Assembly: GCA_038061755.1 (NCBI GenBank)
Contig: JBBTYN010000001.1
Coordinates: 1 to 54,015 of the forward strand
From: Patescibacteria group bacterium
GTDB lineage: Bacteria; Patescibacteriota; Minisyncoccia; Phycocordibacterales; UBA9973
Length of the DNA: 54,015 nt
Direction of reading: 5' to 3'
Every line of letters begins with the position of its first letter. The stretch's first letter is position 1. This document shows, piece after piece, positions 34,595-45,850 of this stretch. A program made the translations under genes and the position numbers. Below the pieces are notes generated by a model. That model was given only the letters and a program-made list of their open reading frames with translations, made no database searches and was not told the DNA's origin.

Positions 34595-35896
34595 ATGCAA
34601 GAAATAAATATTATAAAATATATTAAAAAAGTTTTTGGAAATAAAGATTTTGCTCCTATATTTTTTACAAGTCTGTTGTCTTTATTATTTATTGTTTTGA
34701 TTGGAGTTGGCATAATCTGGCGTTATAGAGCAAATGTCTTTGGATATTTTGCTAAAGAATATTTACAAGAAGCGCAAGATAGTAACAATAAAGACACAAC
34801 ATCTGCCACAGAAAAAATTATTGAAAAGCAGTTAATTTTTTCACAAGATTCTTTTGTTATTGATGCAGTTAAAAAAACCAATCCGGCTGTTGTATCTATA
34901 ATTATCTCTCAGCAGGTTCCAAAATATGAAACTTATATTGACCCTAATCAACAAACAAATCCGTTTGGCGATTTATTTCCCGGTTTTAATTTTAATATTC
35001 CGCAATATCGTCAAAATGGCACAGAAAAGAAAGATATCGGTGGAGGTTCTGGATTTTTTGTTTCAAGCGACGGTTTAATTGTTACCAATAAGCATGTCGT
35101 TGACCAAAAAAATGTGGAATATACCGTGTTTACTAATGATGGCAAGAAACACAATGCCAAAGTTATTGCTCGTGATCCAGTATTAGATATTGCTCTTATT
35201 AAAATTGAGGGTACTAATTTCCCGTATCTTTTATTAGGTAACTCCGATTCTCTCCAGGTTGGACAAAGTGTCATTGCTATAGGTAATGCTCTTACTGAAT
35301 ATAGAAATACTGTTTCTGTGGGTGTAGTTTCAGGACTTTCACGATCCATAACTGCAGGGGATAACTTTGGTAATACAGAAGTTTTGGATCATGTAATTCA
35401 AACCGATGCAGCAATTAATCCGGGAAATTCCGGAGGACCCTTACTTAATTTGAGTGGGGAAGTTATTGGTGTAAATGTTGCTATTGCGCAGGGGTCTCAA
35501 AATATCGGTTTTGCTTTGCCTATCAATAGTGTAAAGGGAGTGATTGAATCAGTGAAATCAACCGGCAAAATTGTTCGTCCATATTTGGGTGTACGTTATG
35601 TGGTCATAGATGCAGTGATGAAAGATAAAAATAATTTAACTGTGGATTATGGCGTACTTGTCAAAATGGGGGCAACTACCAGTGATCTTGCAGTTATTCC
35701 CGGAAGTCCTGCAGATAAAGCTGGGATTGTGGAAAATGATATAATTCTTGAAATTGACGGGATAAAGCTAGACGACAAAACTAGTCTTTCTTCTATTATT
35801 CGCGGGAAAACAGTCGGACAAGTAATTAATCTAAAAATTCTTCACAAGGGCGTTGAGAAAAATGTCCAAGCAACTCTTGAAGTAGCGAAAGATTAA
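34595..35896 (+). CDS. HtrA/DegP-family serine protease with a PDZ domain
   Basis: TNKHVV, DIALIK and GNSGGPL catalytic triad contexts; N-terminal TM segment; C-terminal PDZ domain. Confidence 0.9.
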   Translation: MQEINIIKYIKKVFGNKDFAPIFFTSLLSLLFIVLIGVGIIWRYRANVFGYFAKEYLQEAQDSNNKDTTSATEKIIEKQLIFSQDSFVIDAVKKTNPAVVSIIISQQVPKYETYIDPNQQTNPFGDLFPGFNFNIPQYRQNGTEKKDIGGGSGFFVSSDGLIVTNKHVVDQKNVEYTVFTNDGKKHNAKVIARDPVLDIALIKIEGTNFPYLLLGNSDSLQVGQSVIAIGNALTEYRNTVSVGVVSGLSRSITAGDNFGNTEVLDHVIQTDAAINPGNSGGPLLNLSGEVIGVNVAIAQGSQNIGFALPINSVKGVIESVKSTGKIVRPYLGVRYVVIDAVMKDKNNLTVDYGVLVKMGATTSDLAVIPGSPADKAGIVENDIILEIDGIKLDDKTSLSSIIRGKTVGQVINLKILHKGVEKNVQATLEVAKD

Positions 35897-37057
35897 TTAA
35901 ATATCGCTCCTTTTTATGGTTGAAGATAAATAAACTCCATAGAGCATTAAGGCTCCTAAGATTAGAAAAATAAAGTTAAAAGATGGTATAAAGTTAAAGG
36001 CAATGAAAGCGACAAGTGGGGCTAAAACATAAGATACGGGGGTAGTATTGCGGTAAATTGCGATAAATTCGTCGTTTTCTCTATTGATATGTTTGAAAAA
36101 ATAAATATCACTCATCACTTCTATAATAGCGGCGCCAACTCTTGTACTAAAGAGAGCGATGGCCCAAATCCAAACTTCATGTCTCTTGATAAAGAAAAGC
36201 GACAAAGTAGCAATGGAAGCGACTAAAAATCCACCGATTAGCATTTTTCTTTCACCGATTTTGTCCGAATACTTACCCAAAGGGAATTGAATTAATACAA
36301 ATGGTAAAAGCATCACAGTGAATATCGTGGCTATTTCTTCCCAATTAAAACTTAAATGCGCATATAAATATATTGGAGTATAGATGACCATCCACACATA
36401 GAAAAATTGTAGAAGAAAATTTATTTTATAAGCCCGGGTGAGATTTTTATTTGCAAAAAAGTTCTTGAAAGACTGCCACGCTAAAACCTTATCATATTTT
36501 GGGTCACTCAAATTTTTTAATCCCCAGAATGTTGCTAAAAAGAAGATAGCCATTATTACAAAAGCTATAAAATAAAGAGTCGAAAAAGAAAATCCCGACA
36601 ATGTTTTTCCGGAAATAATTTGCGCTATTACCCAAGCCAAATTAATAATGGTTAAATATAGCCCACGCATACTTCCCATAGAAGAATTTTTGGAAAATAT
36701 TTGCAATAATTCATCCAGAGCAAAAATTATTAGAAAATTTAGAGTGAAATAAAAAATAAAAATTGGAATAATTTGAAGTGAGTTTTTAAAGATAGACAGC
36801 AAAAGAAGAGAAAATGCATTTAGACTGGATGCCCAAAGTAAAAATTTATACTCTCCTATTTTTTGAAGCATTCCAGGTATAAAAAAAAGTACAAATAAGG
36901 AAGTGATAGAACCTAAAACGTATATAAAACTGACATTCTTTTCTCCTGAAAAGATAGAGAGAAAACTAGAATTAATATAAGCAGTGAAGGCTAAATGTAA
37001 AGAGAATAAAAAACCCAATAAGAAAATATTTTTTAATTTTGGATTTCTTTTAAACAT
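35897..37057 (-). CDS. MFS-type transporter
   Basis: About 12 hydrophobic segments and a GKYSDKIGERK loop (MFS motif-A-like). Confidence 0.75.
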   Translation of the reverse strand: MFKRNPKLKNIFLLGFLFSLHLAFTAYINSSFLSIFSGEKNVSFIYVLGSITSLFVLFFIPGMLQKIGEYKFLLWASSLNAFSLLLLSIFKNSLQIIPIFIFYFTLNFLIIFALDELLQIFSKNSSMGSMRGLYLTIINLAWVIAQIISGKTLSGFSFSTLYFIAFVIMAIFFLATFWGLKNLSDPKYDKVLAWQSFKNFFANKNLTRAYKINFLLQFFYVWMVIYTPIYLYAHLSFNWEEIATIFTVMLLPFVLIQFPLGKYSDKIGERKMLIGGFLVASIATLSLFFIKRHEVWIWAIALFSTRVGAAIIEVMSDIYFFKHINRENDEFIAIYRNTTPVSYVLAPLVAFIAFNFIPSFNFIFLILGALMLYGVYLSSTIKRSDI

Positions 37058-37068
37058 ATTTCACATTT

Positions 37069-39012
37069 TTATACACTCAATATCACAGGTATAACTAAGG
37101 GTCTTTTGGCTGTTTTTTGATATAAGAATTTTGAAACACTTTCTCCTAAATTTGCTTTAATTATATCAAAATTTACCATATTGTTTCCATCTGGCAATGA
37201 TGCCATAGGCATTTTTGCTGTTATGGTTTCTATGCCATTTTTAATAATTATTCTTACTTGACGTAAAAGCTCCTGATTTTCTTTTAAATAGACAAAACCG
37301 CGTGAAATCAAATCTGGAGATTTCTTTAATTTCCCAGTTTTTTGGTCAAGAAGCGCAATAATGACAAACATTCCATCTTGCGCAAGCATGACTCTATCTC
37401 GGATGACTATGTCCTGTGTGTCACTTATAGAAGTACCATCTACTAGCATTGCGCCACTTGGTGCTTTTTCTTTTCGCATTATCATTTTTTGTCCATCAGC
37501 CGATATTTCAATGATTGAACCGTTGTCTGGGACAATAATATTTTCTTCCGACATTCCAAGATCCATAGCGAGTTCTTTGTGTAGCACTAGACGATAATGA
37601 TTGCCATGAATTGGAATAAAGAATTTTGGATGAGTTTTTCGATGGAGCCATTTTACGTCTTCTTGATTGCCGTGTCCAGTAGCGTGGACGAAGTCTTCAC
37701 CCGCGGTGCGATAACTAATAACTCGCACGCCTTGTCTAGATAACCCGTCTCTCATTTTTACTACTGCCAATTCATTGCCTGGAACAATAGAAGCTGAAAG
37801 TATTATCGTGTCTCCTTTATGTAAAGAAAATTTCGCATTAGATTTATTAGCGGCGCGATTGAGTGCGGCAAATTCTTCACCCTGCGCGCCTGTCATTAGA
37901 ACAACAATTTTATTTGGTGGATAATTATTTGCTTCTTCCAGTGGTATAATGGTGCCTTTTTTAGGGGCAAAGAATCCGGCCTCGATGGCTACTTCAATGT
38001 TTGTTTTCATTGAACGTCCATCAATTGCTATTTTTTTTCCCAAGGATTCAGCCACTTTAACAATATGCGCCAAACGAGTAATGTGAGAAGAAAAAGCTGC
38101 GATAATTATTCGTCCTTGGATCTTTTTAATTAAATTTTCTAATCCTTGATGTACTTTTATTTCTGGTAAAGAAAATCCCTCATTTTCAATATTGGTAGAA
38201 TCTGTCATCAATAGAAGAACTTTCGCTTTATCAAAAATAGAATATTCTTTTTCTTCTTCTTTGGAAACAATTCCGTCTATTTGGTCAAGTTTATAATCTC
38301 CCGGAGTTACTATCCAGCCATGTTCAGTTTCTATTATTATTCCCATTGAATCAGGAATTGTGTGTGTAACACCAAAGAACCTAATTTTTATTTTTCCGCA
38401 TGTAATAACAGAATCTTTTTCAACAACATTTTCTTTAAGTGCTGGCAAGTGAGGGAATTCTGCTTGTCGCTTTTTCATCATTAACATAGAAAGGTTTCTA
38501 GAATACAAAGGAGGATTCCCGATACGGGAAAGTACTAGTGGTACCCCTCCAATATGATCTAAGTGTCCATGAGTAATTATCAATGCTCGTATTTTATTTT
38601 TGCGTTCTTCTAAATAAGTTGTATTTGGAATAACATAATCAACTCCAGGGGTTAATTCATTTGAAAAATGCATACCAGCATCTATTACGATGATGTCGTC
38701 ATTTATTTCTATTGCTGTCATGTTTTTACCGATTTCTTCCACTCCACCAAGAGGAATAATACGAATTACATTTTTTTCTACTGGTGGAATTTTTCCATTT
38801 ACGATTTTATATTGATTTTTTATTCCAAACGGGCGTTGTCTAGAATTTTTCCCAAATTTTTTTTGAGTGTATTGATAAGTAGAATTTTTTATTGTTTTTT
38901 TTCCATGTTCCTCATTCGCATAGTTATGCGTAGTTTTTTGATTATGTATTTTATTTTCTTTTTTATCTTCAATTTTAAGTGAAGAAAAAGAAAGTCTTGT
39001 TTTTTTTATCAT
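37069..39012 (-). CDS. rnj: Ribonuclease J with a Lys-rich N-terminal extension
   Basis: Metallo-beta-lactamase HGHLDHIGG, a beta-CASP region and ATGHG. Confidence 0.9.
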   Translation of the reverse strand: MIKKTRLSFSSLKIEDKKENKIHNQKTTHNYANEEHGKKTIKNSTYQYTQKKFGKNSRQRPFGIKNQYKIVNGKIPPVEKNVIRIIPLGGVEEIGKNMTAIEINDDIIVIDAGMHFSNELTPGVDYVIPNTTYLEERKNKIRALIITHGHLDHIGGVPLVLSRIGNPPLYSRNLSMLMMKKRQAEFPHLPALKENVVEKDSVITCGKIKIRFFGVTHTIPDSMGIIIETEHGWIVTPGDYKLDQIDGIVSKEEEKEYSIFDKAKVLLLMTDSTNIENEGFSLPEIKVHQGLENLIKKIQGRIIIAAFSSHITRLAHIVKVAESLGKKIAIDGRSMKTNIEVAIEAGFFAPKKGTIIPLEEANNYPPNKIVVLMTGAQGEEFAALNRAANKSNAKFSLHKGDTIILSASIVPGNELAVVKMRDGLSRQGVRVISYRTAGEDFVHATGHGNQEDVKWLHRKTHPKFFIPIHGNHYRLVLHKELAMDLGMSEENIIVPDNGSIIEISADGQKMIMRKEKAPSGAMLVDGTSISDTQDIVIRDRVMLAQDGMFVIIALLDQKTGKLKKSPDLISRGFVYLKENQELLRQVRIIIKNGIETITAKMPMASLPDGNNMVNFDIIKANLGESVSKFLYQKTAKRPLVIPVILSV

Positions 39013-39042
39013 AATTATTTTTTTTAGATAGAGCCTTAAAAT

Positions 39043-40809
39043 CTATTTGGTAAATATTCTCCAAACATTTTCTGTTTCAGTGTACCATGAATATATACTT
39101 AAAAAACGATCAGCTGGGGAGATAATGTGATTAATAGAAAGGCCTTTTAAATTTTTTGATACTATGTAAATAAAATTAGGGCTATATAGAAAAACTGCTG
39201 GCATGTTTTTTTTGATTTGATCTTCAAATTGCGCGTATTTTTTGATTCTAGCTTGTTCATTAATTGTAATAGATGCATCTTCTAAAATTTTATCTGCTTT
39301 TGCATTAGTATATATAGCGACGTTAAGACCAGGGTCTTTTCTTTGTGATGAGTGCCAAAAAGCAAATAAATCAGATTCATGGTTTATAATTTGTCCAAAT
39401 AATAGCGCATCATAATCACGCGGACGAATTACACTTTGATTTAAATTACCAATTTCAAAAGTTTTTATATTAACTTTTATTCCAATTTTAGATAAATTTT
39501 CTTTAATTATTTCGGCAGTTTTTATGAGCTCTTCTGCATTACCTGTCGAGATAGAAAATTCTAAAATAGTGGTAGTTTTCTTTTTATTTTTATCAATTGT
39601 TATTTTTTGTAAAAATCCATCTGGACCTTTCGACCAGCCATCTTTTGCTAAATTGTTTTGTATATTTTGCAAGGTAAGCTCACGAGAAGAATTATTTTCC
39701 GCAGATAATTTTTGATAGGCAATCATATTTGGTGGGATGGGATCATCTATGGCATTTCCATAATTAAAAAGAATTTTCTGAACTATCTTGTCTTTGTCTA
39801 TAGCTTGGTCAATGGCTTTAGTGATTACTTTATTAGCAAAAAGAAGATTTTTATTTTGATTAAAGAAAAGTCCGAATATCCTTGGAAGCACATAAGACTC
39901 TATTTGATAATTTCTTTCTTTTAAAATATCCGCATTTAAAGGAGTGATAGAGCTTATTTGGTCTACGTCTCCATTTTCAAGCGCGTGGATAAGGTCGTCT
40001 TCATTTGAATAAAAATACAAACTTACTTTTTTAATATATGGTTCACCTAATATAAATTTATTATATGATTCTAATTCATAAGAATTTATAACTCCGGATG
40101 ATTCTTTGGCGACATTTTTTATTAAATAAGGTCCAGAACCGATCGGGGAAGTGTTTGCGTTATTTAGTTCTATGGAAGAATTATTCCATATATGTTGAGG
40201 CATTATCCCGAGTGTTAAATTTTCTAAAAATGATGGATAAGGTTTTTTAAGAGAAAATTCTATCGTTTTAGCATCTATTTTTACTGCATTTACACCATCA
40301 AAGTCTACTTTACGCAGGCTTTTTATGACGGGATCTTTTATTTCATTTATAGTAAAGATTACATCGTCCACGGTAACAGGTTTTCCATCTTGAAAATACA
40401 TTTTGTCTTTTAATGTAAATTTATAAGTTAAACCATCTCCTGACATCTCGTATTTTTCTGCCAAGTCTGGGAATATGGTACCGTCAGGATTTTTTCTCAT
40501 TAGTCCTGAATAAATAAGTGAGACTAGGTCAAGGTCAGCAGGAGAATTCGCTAATACTGGATTTATAAAACGTGGAGTACCGATAATGCCTTCAGAAATA
40601 GAACCTCCATGGAGTGGTATACTGACCATAAGAGATTTATTTATGCTTTCAAGTATTATTACTGTGCTTATTAAAAACGTTAACAATAAGAAAACAAAAA
40701 CAACTCGTTCTTTTTTTGAGAACGTGCTGAAAATTGAATTAATTTCGTCTTTTTTAGGTAATTTACCAGTAATTTTAAACTGGCGAATACGACTATATAA
40801 ATTTTGCAT
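39043..40809 (-). CDS. ABC transporter substrate-binding protein, family 5 (peptide/nickel type)
   Basis: N-terminal anchor. Size and PDGTIFPDLAEKYEMSGDGLTYKFTLKD-type motifs fit SBP family 5. Confidence 0.8.
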   Translation of the reverse strand: MQNLYSRIRQFKITGKLPKKDEINSIFSTFSKKERVVFVFLLLTFLISTVIILESINKSLMVSIPLHGGSISEGIIGTPRFINPVLANSPADLDLVSLIYSGLMRKNPDGTIFPDLAEKYEMSGDGLTYKFTLKDKMYFQDGKPVTVDDVIFTINEIKDPVIKSLRKVDFDGVNAVKIDAKTIEFSLKKPYPSFLENLTLGIMPQHIWNNSSIELNNANTSPIGSGPYLIKNVAKESSGVINSYELESYNKFILGEPYIKKVSLYFYSNEDDLIHALENGDVDQISSITPLNADILKERNYQIESYVLPRIFGLFFNQNKNLLFANKVITKAIDQAIDKDKIVQKILFNYGNAIDDPIPPNMIAYQKLSAENNSSRELTLQNIQNNLAKDGWSKGPDGFLQKITIDKNKKKTTTILEFSISTGNAEELIKTAEIIKENLSKIGIKVNIKTFEIGNLNQSVIRPRDYDALLFGQIINHESDLFAFWHSSQRKDPGLNVAIYTNAKADKILEDASITINEQARIKKYAQFEDQIKKNMPAVFLYSPNFIYIVSKNLKGLSINHIISPADRFLSIYSWYTETENVWRIFTK

Positions 40810-40853
40810 ATATTATATGAAACAAAGATAAAACAAAGTTAAATTAACTCAAA

Positions 40854-41096
40854 TTAACTATTGGCTTTTATTATTATACTGAGTAAGGCAAATAAAGCAA
40901 AGAGAATTCCACAAATAAGTGACAAGTAAAAAAGAAACTTTTCAAAGCCTCGGCGAGTATGATGAAAAGATTGTGTATCTCCTCCACCCAAAGCGCCTCC
41001 TAAACCAGCAGCAGATTGCTGTAGTAAAATTGCGGTTACTAGTATTACTGAAAGGATAATCTGCGCATAAGGCAGAATCTTAGCTACTAAATTCAT
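40854..41096 (-). CDS. secG: Preprotein translocase subunit SecG
   Basis: 80 aa, two TM segments and LLQQSAAGLGGALGGG. Confidence 0.8.
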   Translation of the reverse strand: MNLVAKILPYAQIILSVILVTAILLQQSAAGLGGALGGGDTQSFHHTRRGFEKFLFYLSLICGILFALFALLSIIIKANS

Positions 41097-41141
41097 AGAG
41101 TGATTATTGCATATAAGAACACAGAAAGCAAATTATTTTCC

Positions 41142-41170
41142 TTGACATATACCCCCAATGGGTATATGCT
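41142..41170 (+). promoter_or_regulatory. csoR-copA promoter with CsoR operator ATACCCCCAATGGGTAT
   Basis: TTGACA at 41142-41147, palindrome at 41149-41165, TATGCT at 41165-41170. The ATG follows 6 nt later, so the transcript is likely leaderless. Confidence 0.65.
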
Positions 41171-41176
41171 TTAGGT

Positions 41177-41440
41177 ATGCAAAAAAGCAAACAAAAGTTG
41201 ATAAATCGGCTTAAGATAATCGAAGGACAGGTGCGCGGATTGCAGAATATGATTGAAAAAGACATCTATTGTATTGATGTTATTACTCAGACGTCGGCTG
41301 TAAAGCAGGCTTTGTCTTCTGTAGAAGATGTTTTGATGGAAAACCATTTAGGTTCTTGTTTAGTCCACCAAATCAAAAAAGGAGAAACAGCTAAAGCAAC
41401 GAAAGAAATGCTAAAAGTTTATCAACTTAAAAGAAAATAG
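41177..41440 (+). CDS. csoR: Copper-sensing repressor CsoR
   Basis: RLKRIEGQVRG-like ([16 protein letters not shown]), C...H...C ligand pattern (YCIDV...HLGSC). Confidence 0.85.
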   Translation: MQKSKQKLINRLKIIEGQVRGLQNMIEKDIYCIDVITQTSAVKQALSSVEDVLMENHLGSCLVHQIKKGETAKATKEMLKVYQLKRK

Positions 41441-41441
41441 A

Positions 41442-43781
41442 ATGAAAAAAGAAACATATCAAATAAAAGGAATGCACTGTGCTTCATGCGCCAGTATTAT
41501 AGAAAGGACTGTCAAAAAAATTGATGGTGTAGAAGATATTTCAGTGAATAATGGCACTGAAAATGCAAAAATTTCTTTTGATAATACAAAAACTAATATT
41601 GAACATTTCAATAAAAAATTAGAACCACTTGGTTATTCTTTGGTTGGCGCAGAATCTCACAGCATGAGTGCAGGAGAGATGGGAATGAGTGAAAATAAGC
41701 ATGCTGAACATTTAGGATTTAATCAATCAAAAAAGGAAAAACTTGCAGAAGTTGCAGATATGCGTTCAAAAGTAATATCAGCAATTCCTTTGGCTATTAT
41801 AAGTGTTTTTATTATGGCTTGGGATATTTTATCAATATATAAAATAGTTCCTGAAATGAGCTTTACAGTTAAAGAATTTTTCCATCATTTATTACCCATA
41901 ATGGCTACTTATATTCTTTTTGTTGTAGGTAAACCTTATTTGCTTGGATTTTATCGTTTCCTTCGTTATGGAAAAGCAAATATGGATAGTTTGATTGGTA
42001 TTGGAACAGTTACTGCTTTTAGTTATAGTTTTATTGTCACAGCATTTGAAGATGTGCTTAAACCATTTTTAAATGTTAGTGTAACTTATTTTGATGTCAC
42101 AATTATTGTTATTACTTTTATTGCTCTCGGAAAATATCTTGAAGCTCGTTCAAAAATAAAGACAGGAGATGCAATAGAAAAACTTCTTAATCTTCAAGCA
42201 AAAACTGCTTTAGTTATTCGAGATGGCAAAGAAATAGAAATTCCTGTTAATCAAGTTGTGCATGGCGATTTAATTATTGTAAAGCCTGGAACAAAAATTC
42301 CTGTTGATGGTGTAATCACAGAAGGCTCGTCTTTTGTTGATGAGTCTATGGTGACTGGTGAACCTATGCCTGCGCAGAAAAAAGCTGGTGATTCTGTCGT
42401 GTCTGGAACCATAAATACTAATGGTTCATTTACTTTTAAAGCCACTAAAGTTGGCTCTGAAACTTTGCTCGCGCAAATAATAAAAATGGTAGAAGACGCG
42501 CAAGGAAGCAAAGCGCCGATTCAAGCCTTAGCGGATAAAATCTCTTCTATTTTTGTTCCTGTTGTTCTTGTAATTGCTTTCGTGACACTTTTTGTATGGT
42601 TTGTAGTTGGGACAAGATATTTAGGTTTTTCTCAAGCCCTTTCTTTTGGTTTAGTTTCTTTTGTTGGTATTCTCGTTATTGCTTGTCCTTGCGCATTGGG
42701 ACTCGCTACACCAACAGCGATTATTGTAGGTGTTGGTAAAGGCGCTAGAGAAGGAATTTTAATTAAAGATGCCTCAACATTAGAGAAACTTCATAAAGTA
42801 GATACTGTGATTGTAGATAAAACTGGTACGATTACTATTGGTAAACCGACTCTTGTTGATATAGAAAATTTCTCTTCTTTTAAACAAGAAGAATTTATAT
42901 CTATTCTTGCTTCGCTTGAAAAAAAATCAGAACATCCGATAGCGCATGCAATTATTAATTATGCGCAAGACCCCGAAGGAAAGAGTACTTCCTACGGGGC
43001 AAGAAAAAATACACAATTTTTTGATGTACAGAATTTTGAAATAATACAAGGTAAAGGTTTAAAAGGTTCGATTAAAGATATTCTATATTATGCAGGTAAT
43101 GTAAAACTGATAAAAGATCTTGGTATTGTTTTTGATGTTTCAAAAATTGAACAATATACAGCACAAGGCAAAACACCGGTTATTCTAGCCACATCTGAAA
43201 AAGTTTTGGGTTTTGTAATGGTGGCTGATGAAATAAAAAATGAATCAAAACAAGCAGTTGCTGATTTGCATAAACTTGGTATAAAAGTTGTGATGTTGAC
43301 TGGTGACGATGAAAAAGCAGCGAAATATATGGCATCACTAGTTGGTATTGATGAAGTTGTCGCCCATGTATTACCAGCAGATAAATTGGCAAAAATAAAA
43401 GAATTGCAAGAAAATGGAAAGGTGGTGGCTATGGCAGGAGACGGTGTGAATGATGCTCCAGCTCTTGCTCAGGCGGATGTAGGTATAGCTATGGGTACAG
43501 GTACAGACGTTGCCATAGAGTCTGCTGGTATCACACTTTTGGGTGGAGATATTTCAAAACTTGTAAAAGCAATTAAATTGTCTAAAATAACAATGAGAGG
43601 AATTAAACAAAATCTTTTCTGGGCATTCTTTTATAATATTGTGGGTATACCGCTTGCTGCAGGATTATTTTATCCAATTTTTGGATGGTTGCTTTCTCCA
43701 GTATTTGCAGGGTTTGCTATGGCAATGTCGAGCGTGTCAGTAGTCGGAAATTCCTTACGTATTAAAAGTAAAAAATTGTAA
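41442..43781 (+). CDS. copA: Copper-translocating P1B-type ATPase
   Basis: N-terminal HMA GMHCASC, with CPC, DKTGTIT and GDGVNDAP motifs. Confidence 0.95.
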   Translation: MKKETYQIKGMHCASCASIIERTVKKIDGVEDISVNNGTENAKISFDNTKTNIEHFNKKLEPLGYSLVGAESHSMSAGEMGMSENKHAEHLGFNQSKKEKLAEVADMRSKVISAIPLAIISVFIMAWDILSIYKIVPEMSFTVKEFFHHLLPIMATYILFVVGKPYLLGFYRFLRYGKANMDSLIGIGTVTAFSYSFIVTAFEDVLKPFLNVSVTYFDVTIIVITFIALGKYLEARSKIKTGDAIEKLLNLQAKTALVIRDGKEIEIPVNQVVHGDLIIVKPGTKIPVDGVITEGSSFVDESMVTGEPMPAQKKAGDSVVSGTINTNGSFTFKATKVGSETLLAQIIKMVEDAQGSKAPIQALADKISSIFVPVVLVIAFVTLFVWFVVGTRYLGFSQALSFGLVSFVGILVIACPCALGLATPTAIIVGVGKGAREGILIKDASTLEKLHKVDTVIVDKTGTITIGKPTLVDIENFSSFKQEEFISILASLEKKSEHPIAHAIINYAQDPEGKSTSYGARKNTQFFDVQNFEIIQGKGLKGSIKDILYYAGNVKLIKDLGIVFDVSKIEQYTAQGKTPVILATSEKVLGFVMVADEIKNESKQAVADLHKLGIKVVMLTGDDEKAAKYMASLVGIDEVVAHVLPADKLAKIKELQENGKVVAMAGDGVNDAPALAQADVGIAMGTGTDVAIESAGITLLGGDISKLVKAIKLSKITMRGIKQNLFWAFFYNIVGIPLAAGLFYPIFGWLLSPVFAGFAMAMSSVSVVGNSLRIKSKKL

Positions 43782-43799
43782 TTGTAATAAAATAAATTT

Positions 43800-44810
43800 A
43801 TGAAAAAATATACTTTTCATGTTTCTGGCACACATTGCACATCTTGCAAAATCTTAATAGAAGATATTTTGAAAGAGCAGGATTTTATAAAAAGTGTGCG
43901 AGTTGATTTAAAAAAAGAAATTGTGGAGATAGAAACTGATAGCGATAAAAGCTCCGAAGAGTTAGCTCAAATTTTAACAAGTAAAACAAAAGTAAATGGT
44001 TATACGCTTTCAATTGAAAAAACGATAGAAGAAAAGAAAAATGATGATGTAATTTGGAAAGCCATACCTCTCGGGCTTGTTTTTGTAGTGTTGTTTTTCT
44101 TGTTACAAAAGTCTGGTATCCTTAATTTGAGCTTTGGTAGCACCATAACACCAATGACTAGTTTTATAATTGGAATTGTTGCTTCACTTTCTAGTTGTTT
44201 GGCAGTGGTGGGTGGTTTGATATTGTCATTATCAGCAAAAATAGCAGAAGACGATAGTGGAAAAAATAAAAAGCCTTTAGTGTTATTTCATACTGGAAGA
44301 TTATTTGGTTTTGCTGTACTTGGTGGAATACTCGGACTTCTCGGAAAAGAAATAGGTATCAGTTTTATTTTTTCTACGATACTTGGACTTTTTGCTTCAG
44401 TCGTAATGTTTTTACTTGGCATCAATTTACTCGGTATTTTAAAGAAAAATATATTTACATTACCGAGTAATATATTTTCTTTTTTTAGAAAAGTAGAACA
44501 TACAACCTTAGCGCCTATTATAGTAGGCATAGGGACATTTTTTTTACCTTGTGGTTTTACCCAAGCAATACAAATTACGGCGCTTTCAAGCGGATCATTT
44601 ATGTCAGGGTTGTTAATTATGTTCTCATTTGCGCTTGGCACATTGCCTGTCTTGGCATTATTATCATTTAGTTCAGTTTCATTTGCTCATTCTAAATATG
44701 CCCCACTTTTTTTTAAAGTAGCTGGTGTTGTGGTAATTGTTCTTGCTTTGTTTAATTTTATTAATAGTCTGGTGGTCATAGGTCTTATTCCACCAATTTT
44801 TAACTTTTAG
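43800..44810 (+). CDS. HMA domain fused to a DsbD_2/TauE-like multi-TM protein
   Basis: SGTHCTSC metal-binding motif, followed by a 6-7 TM region with FFLPCGFTQA. Confidence 0.7.
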   Translation: MKKYTFHVSGTHCTSCKILIEDILKEQDFIKSVRVDLKKEIVEIETDSDKSSEELAQILTSKTKVNGYTLSIEKTIEEKKNDDVIWKAIPLGLVFVVLFFLLQKSGILNLSFGSTITPMTSFIIGIVASLSSCLAVVGGLILSLSAKIAEDDSGKNKKPLVLFHTGRLFGFAVLGGILGLLGKEIGISFIFSTILGLFASVVMFLLGINLLGILKKNIFTLPSNIFSFFRKVEHTTLAPIIVGIGTFFLPCGFTQAIQITALSSGSFMSGLLIMFSFALGTLPVLALLSFSSVSFAHSKYAPLFFKVAGVVVIVLALFNFINSLVVIGLIPPIFNF

Positions 44811-44868
44811 TTTAAAATATATTATGACCCATTCGACCAACTTAGGGTCATGGTGATAAAATAGAACC

Positions 44869-45255
44869 ATGAAAAATATAGCAATATCAATTTTAATAGC
44901 ATTAGTACTTATTGTCGTAGCTTTTATGATTGCAAAAGGTAGAGTTTCTACAACGCCTTCTAACGTAAATAATATTTCTGTGATAGACGGGAAACAAATT
45001 ATAGATCTCACCGCGAAGGGAGGTTATTCTCCTGGAAAAAGTATTGCCAAAGCTGGCATTCCTACTATCTTGCGATTTACCACAAATGGAACATTTGATT
45101 GTTCTTCGTCTATACGAATTCCATCTATGAATGTGAGTAAAAATCTGGCATTAGCAGGAATTACCGATATTGATTTAGGAAGTCCTAAAGTAGGAATCCT
45201 GAGAGGCAGTTGCGGTATGGGTATGTATCCATTTGAAATTGATTTCCAAAATTGA
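44869..45255 (+). CDS. Exported cupredoxin-like domain protein
   Basis: Signal anchor and a C-terminal SCGMGMYPFEIDF motif typical of small cupredoxin-like partners of metal-transport genes (from memory). Confidence 0.6.
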   Translation: MKNIAISILIALVLIVVAFMIAKGRVSTTPSNVNNISVIDGKQIIDLTAKGGYSPGKSIAKAGIPTILRFTTNGTFDCSSSIRIPSMNVSKNLALAGITDIDLGSPKVGILRGSCGMGMYPFEIDFQN

Positions 45256-45286
45256 TTTAAAGTTTAAAAAAATATTATTAAAGATA

Positions 45287-45850
45287 TTAAGGTAACACTT
45301 TATCAGTAAATACTACGAGTCTTTCGTTATGACTTTGAGATAGTTCATTCCAAAGTCCAGAGCAAGTTATTAAGTTAAGGTGCGCTTTTCCGTCATTTAA
45401 ATTAAACACCAATGAAGCATCTGCCTTCGGATTATAACTTTGAATATCATGCACTAAGAAAGTGGTTGTTTTTCCATTGTCATTTTCAACATATATTTTG
45501 TCTCCCTTTTGCAACTTAGATAAATTATCAAAAACTGCAGGTCTATTATTTTTCCATCCAGAATGACCATCAACAACAGAACTTCCTGATTCTCCAGGAC
45601 GTGGTCCTAGATTAAACCAAGCTACATTGTCCGGTTGTTTGGGTACATCCATTGCTCCATCTGACGTAATGCCCACTTGTTCAATACTGGTGTCAACATT
45701 AAGTTTTGGAATTTTGAGACGAACAGGAAACCCTAAATCAGTCTGATTAATAACAGGTAGTTTGAGTTCGACAGCAGGTTTTGTAATTTGTGAAGTTAAA
45801 ACAAATGCTAAAAGAAGAACGAATATAATTTTTGGATAATATTTTGCCAT
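45287..45850 (-). CDS. Sortase (transpeptidase)
   Basis: N-terminal anchor, VVDGHSG (His), LITCSG (TLxTC-type Cys) and ERLVVF (Arg). Confidence 0.85.
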   Translation of the reverse strand: MAKYYPKIIFVLLLAFVLTSQITKPAVELKLPVINQTDLGFPVRLKIPKLNVDTSIEQVGITSDGAMDVPKQPDNVAWFNLGPRPGESGSSVVDGHSGWKNNRPAVFDNLSKLQKGDKIYVENDNGKTTTFLVHDIQSYNPKADASLVFNLNDGKAHLNLITCSGLWNELSQSHNERLVVFTDKVLP

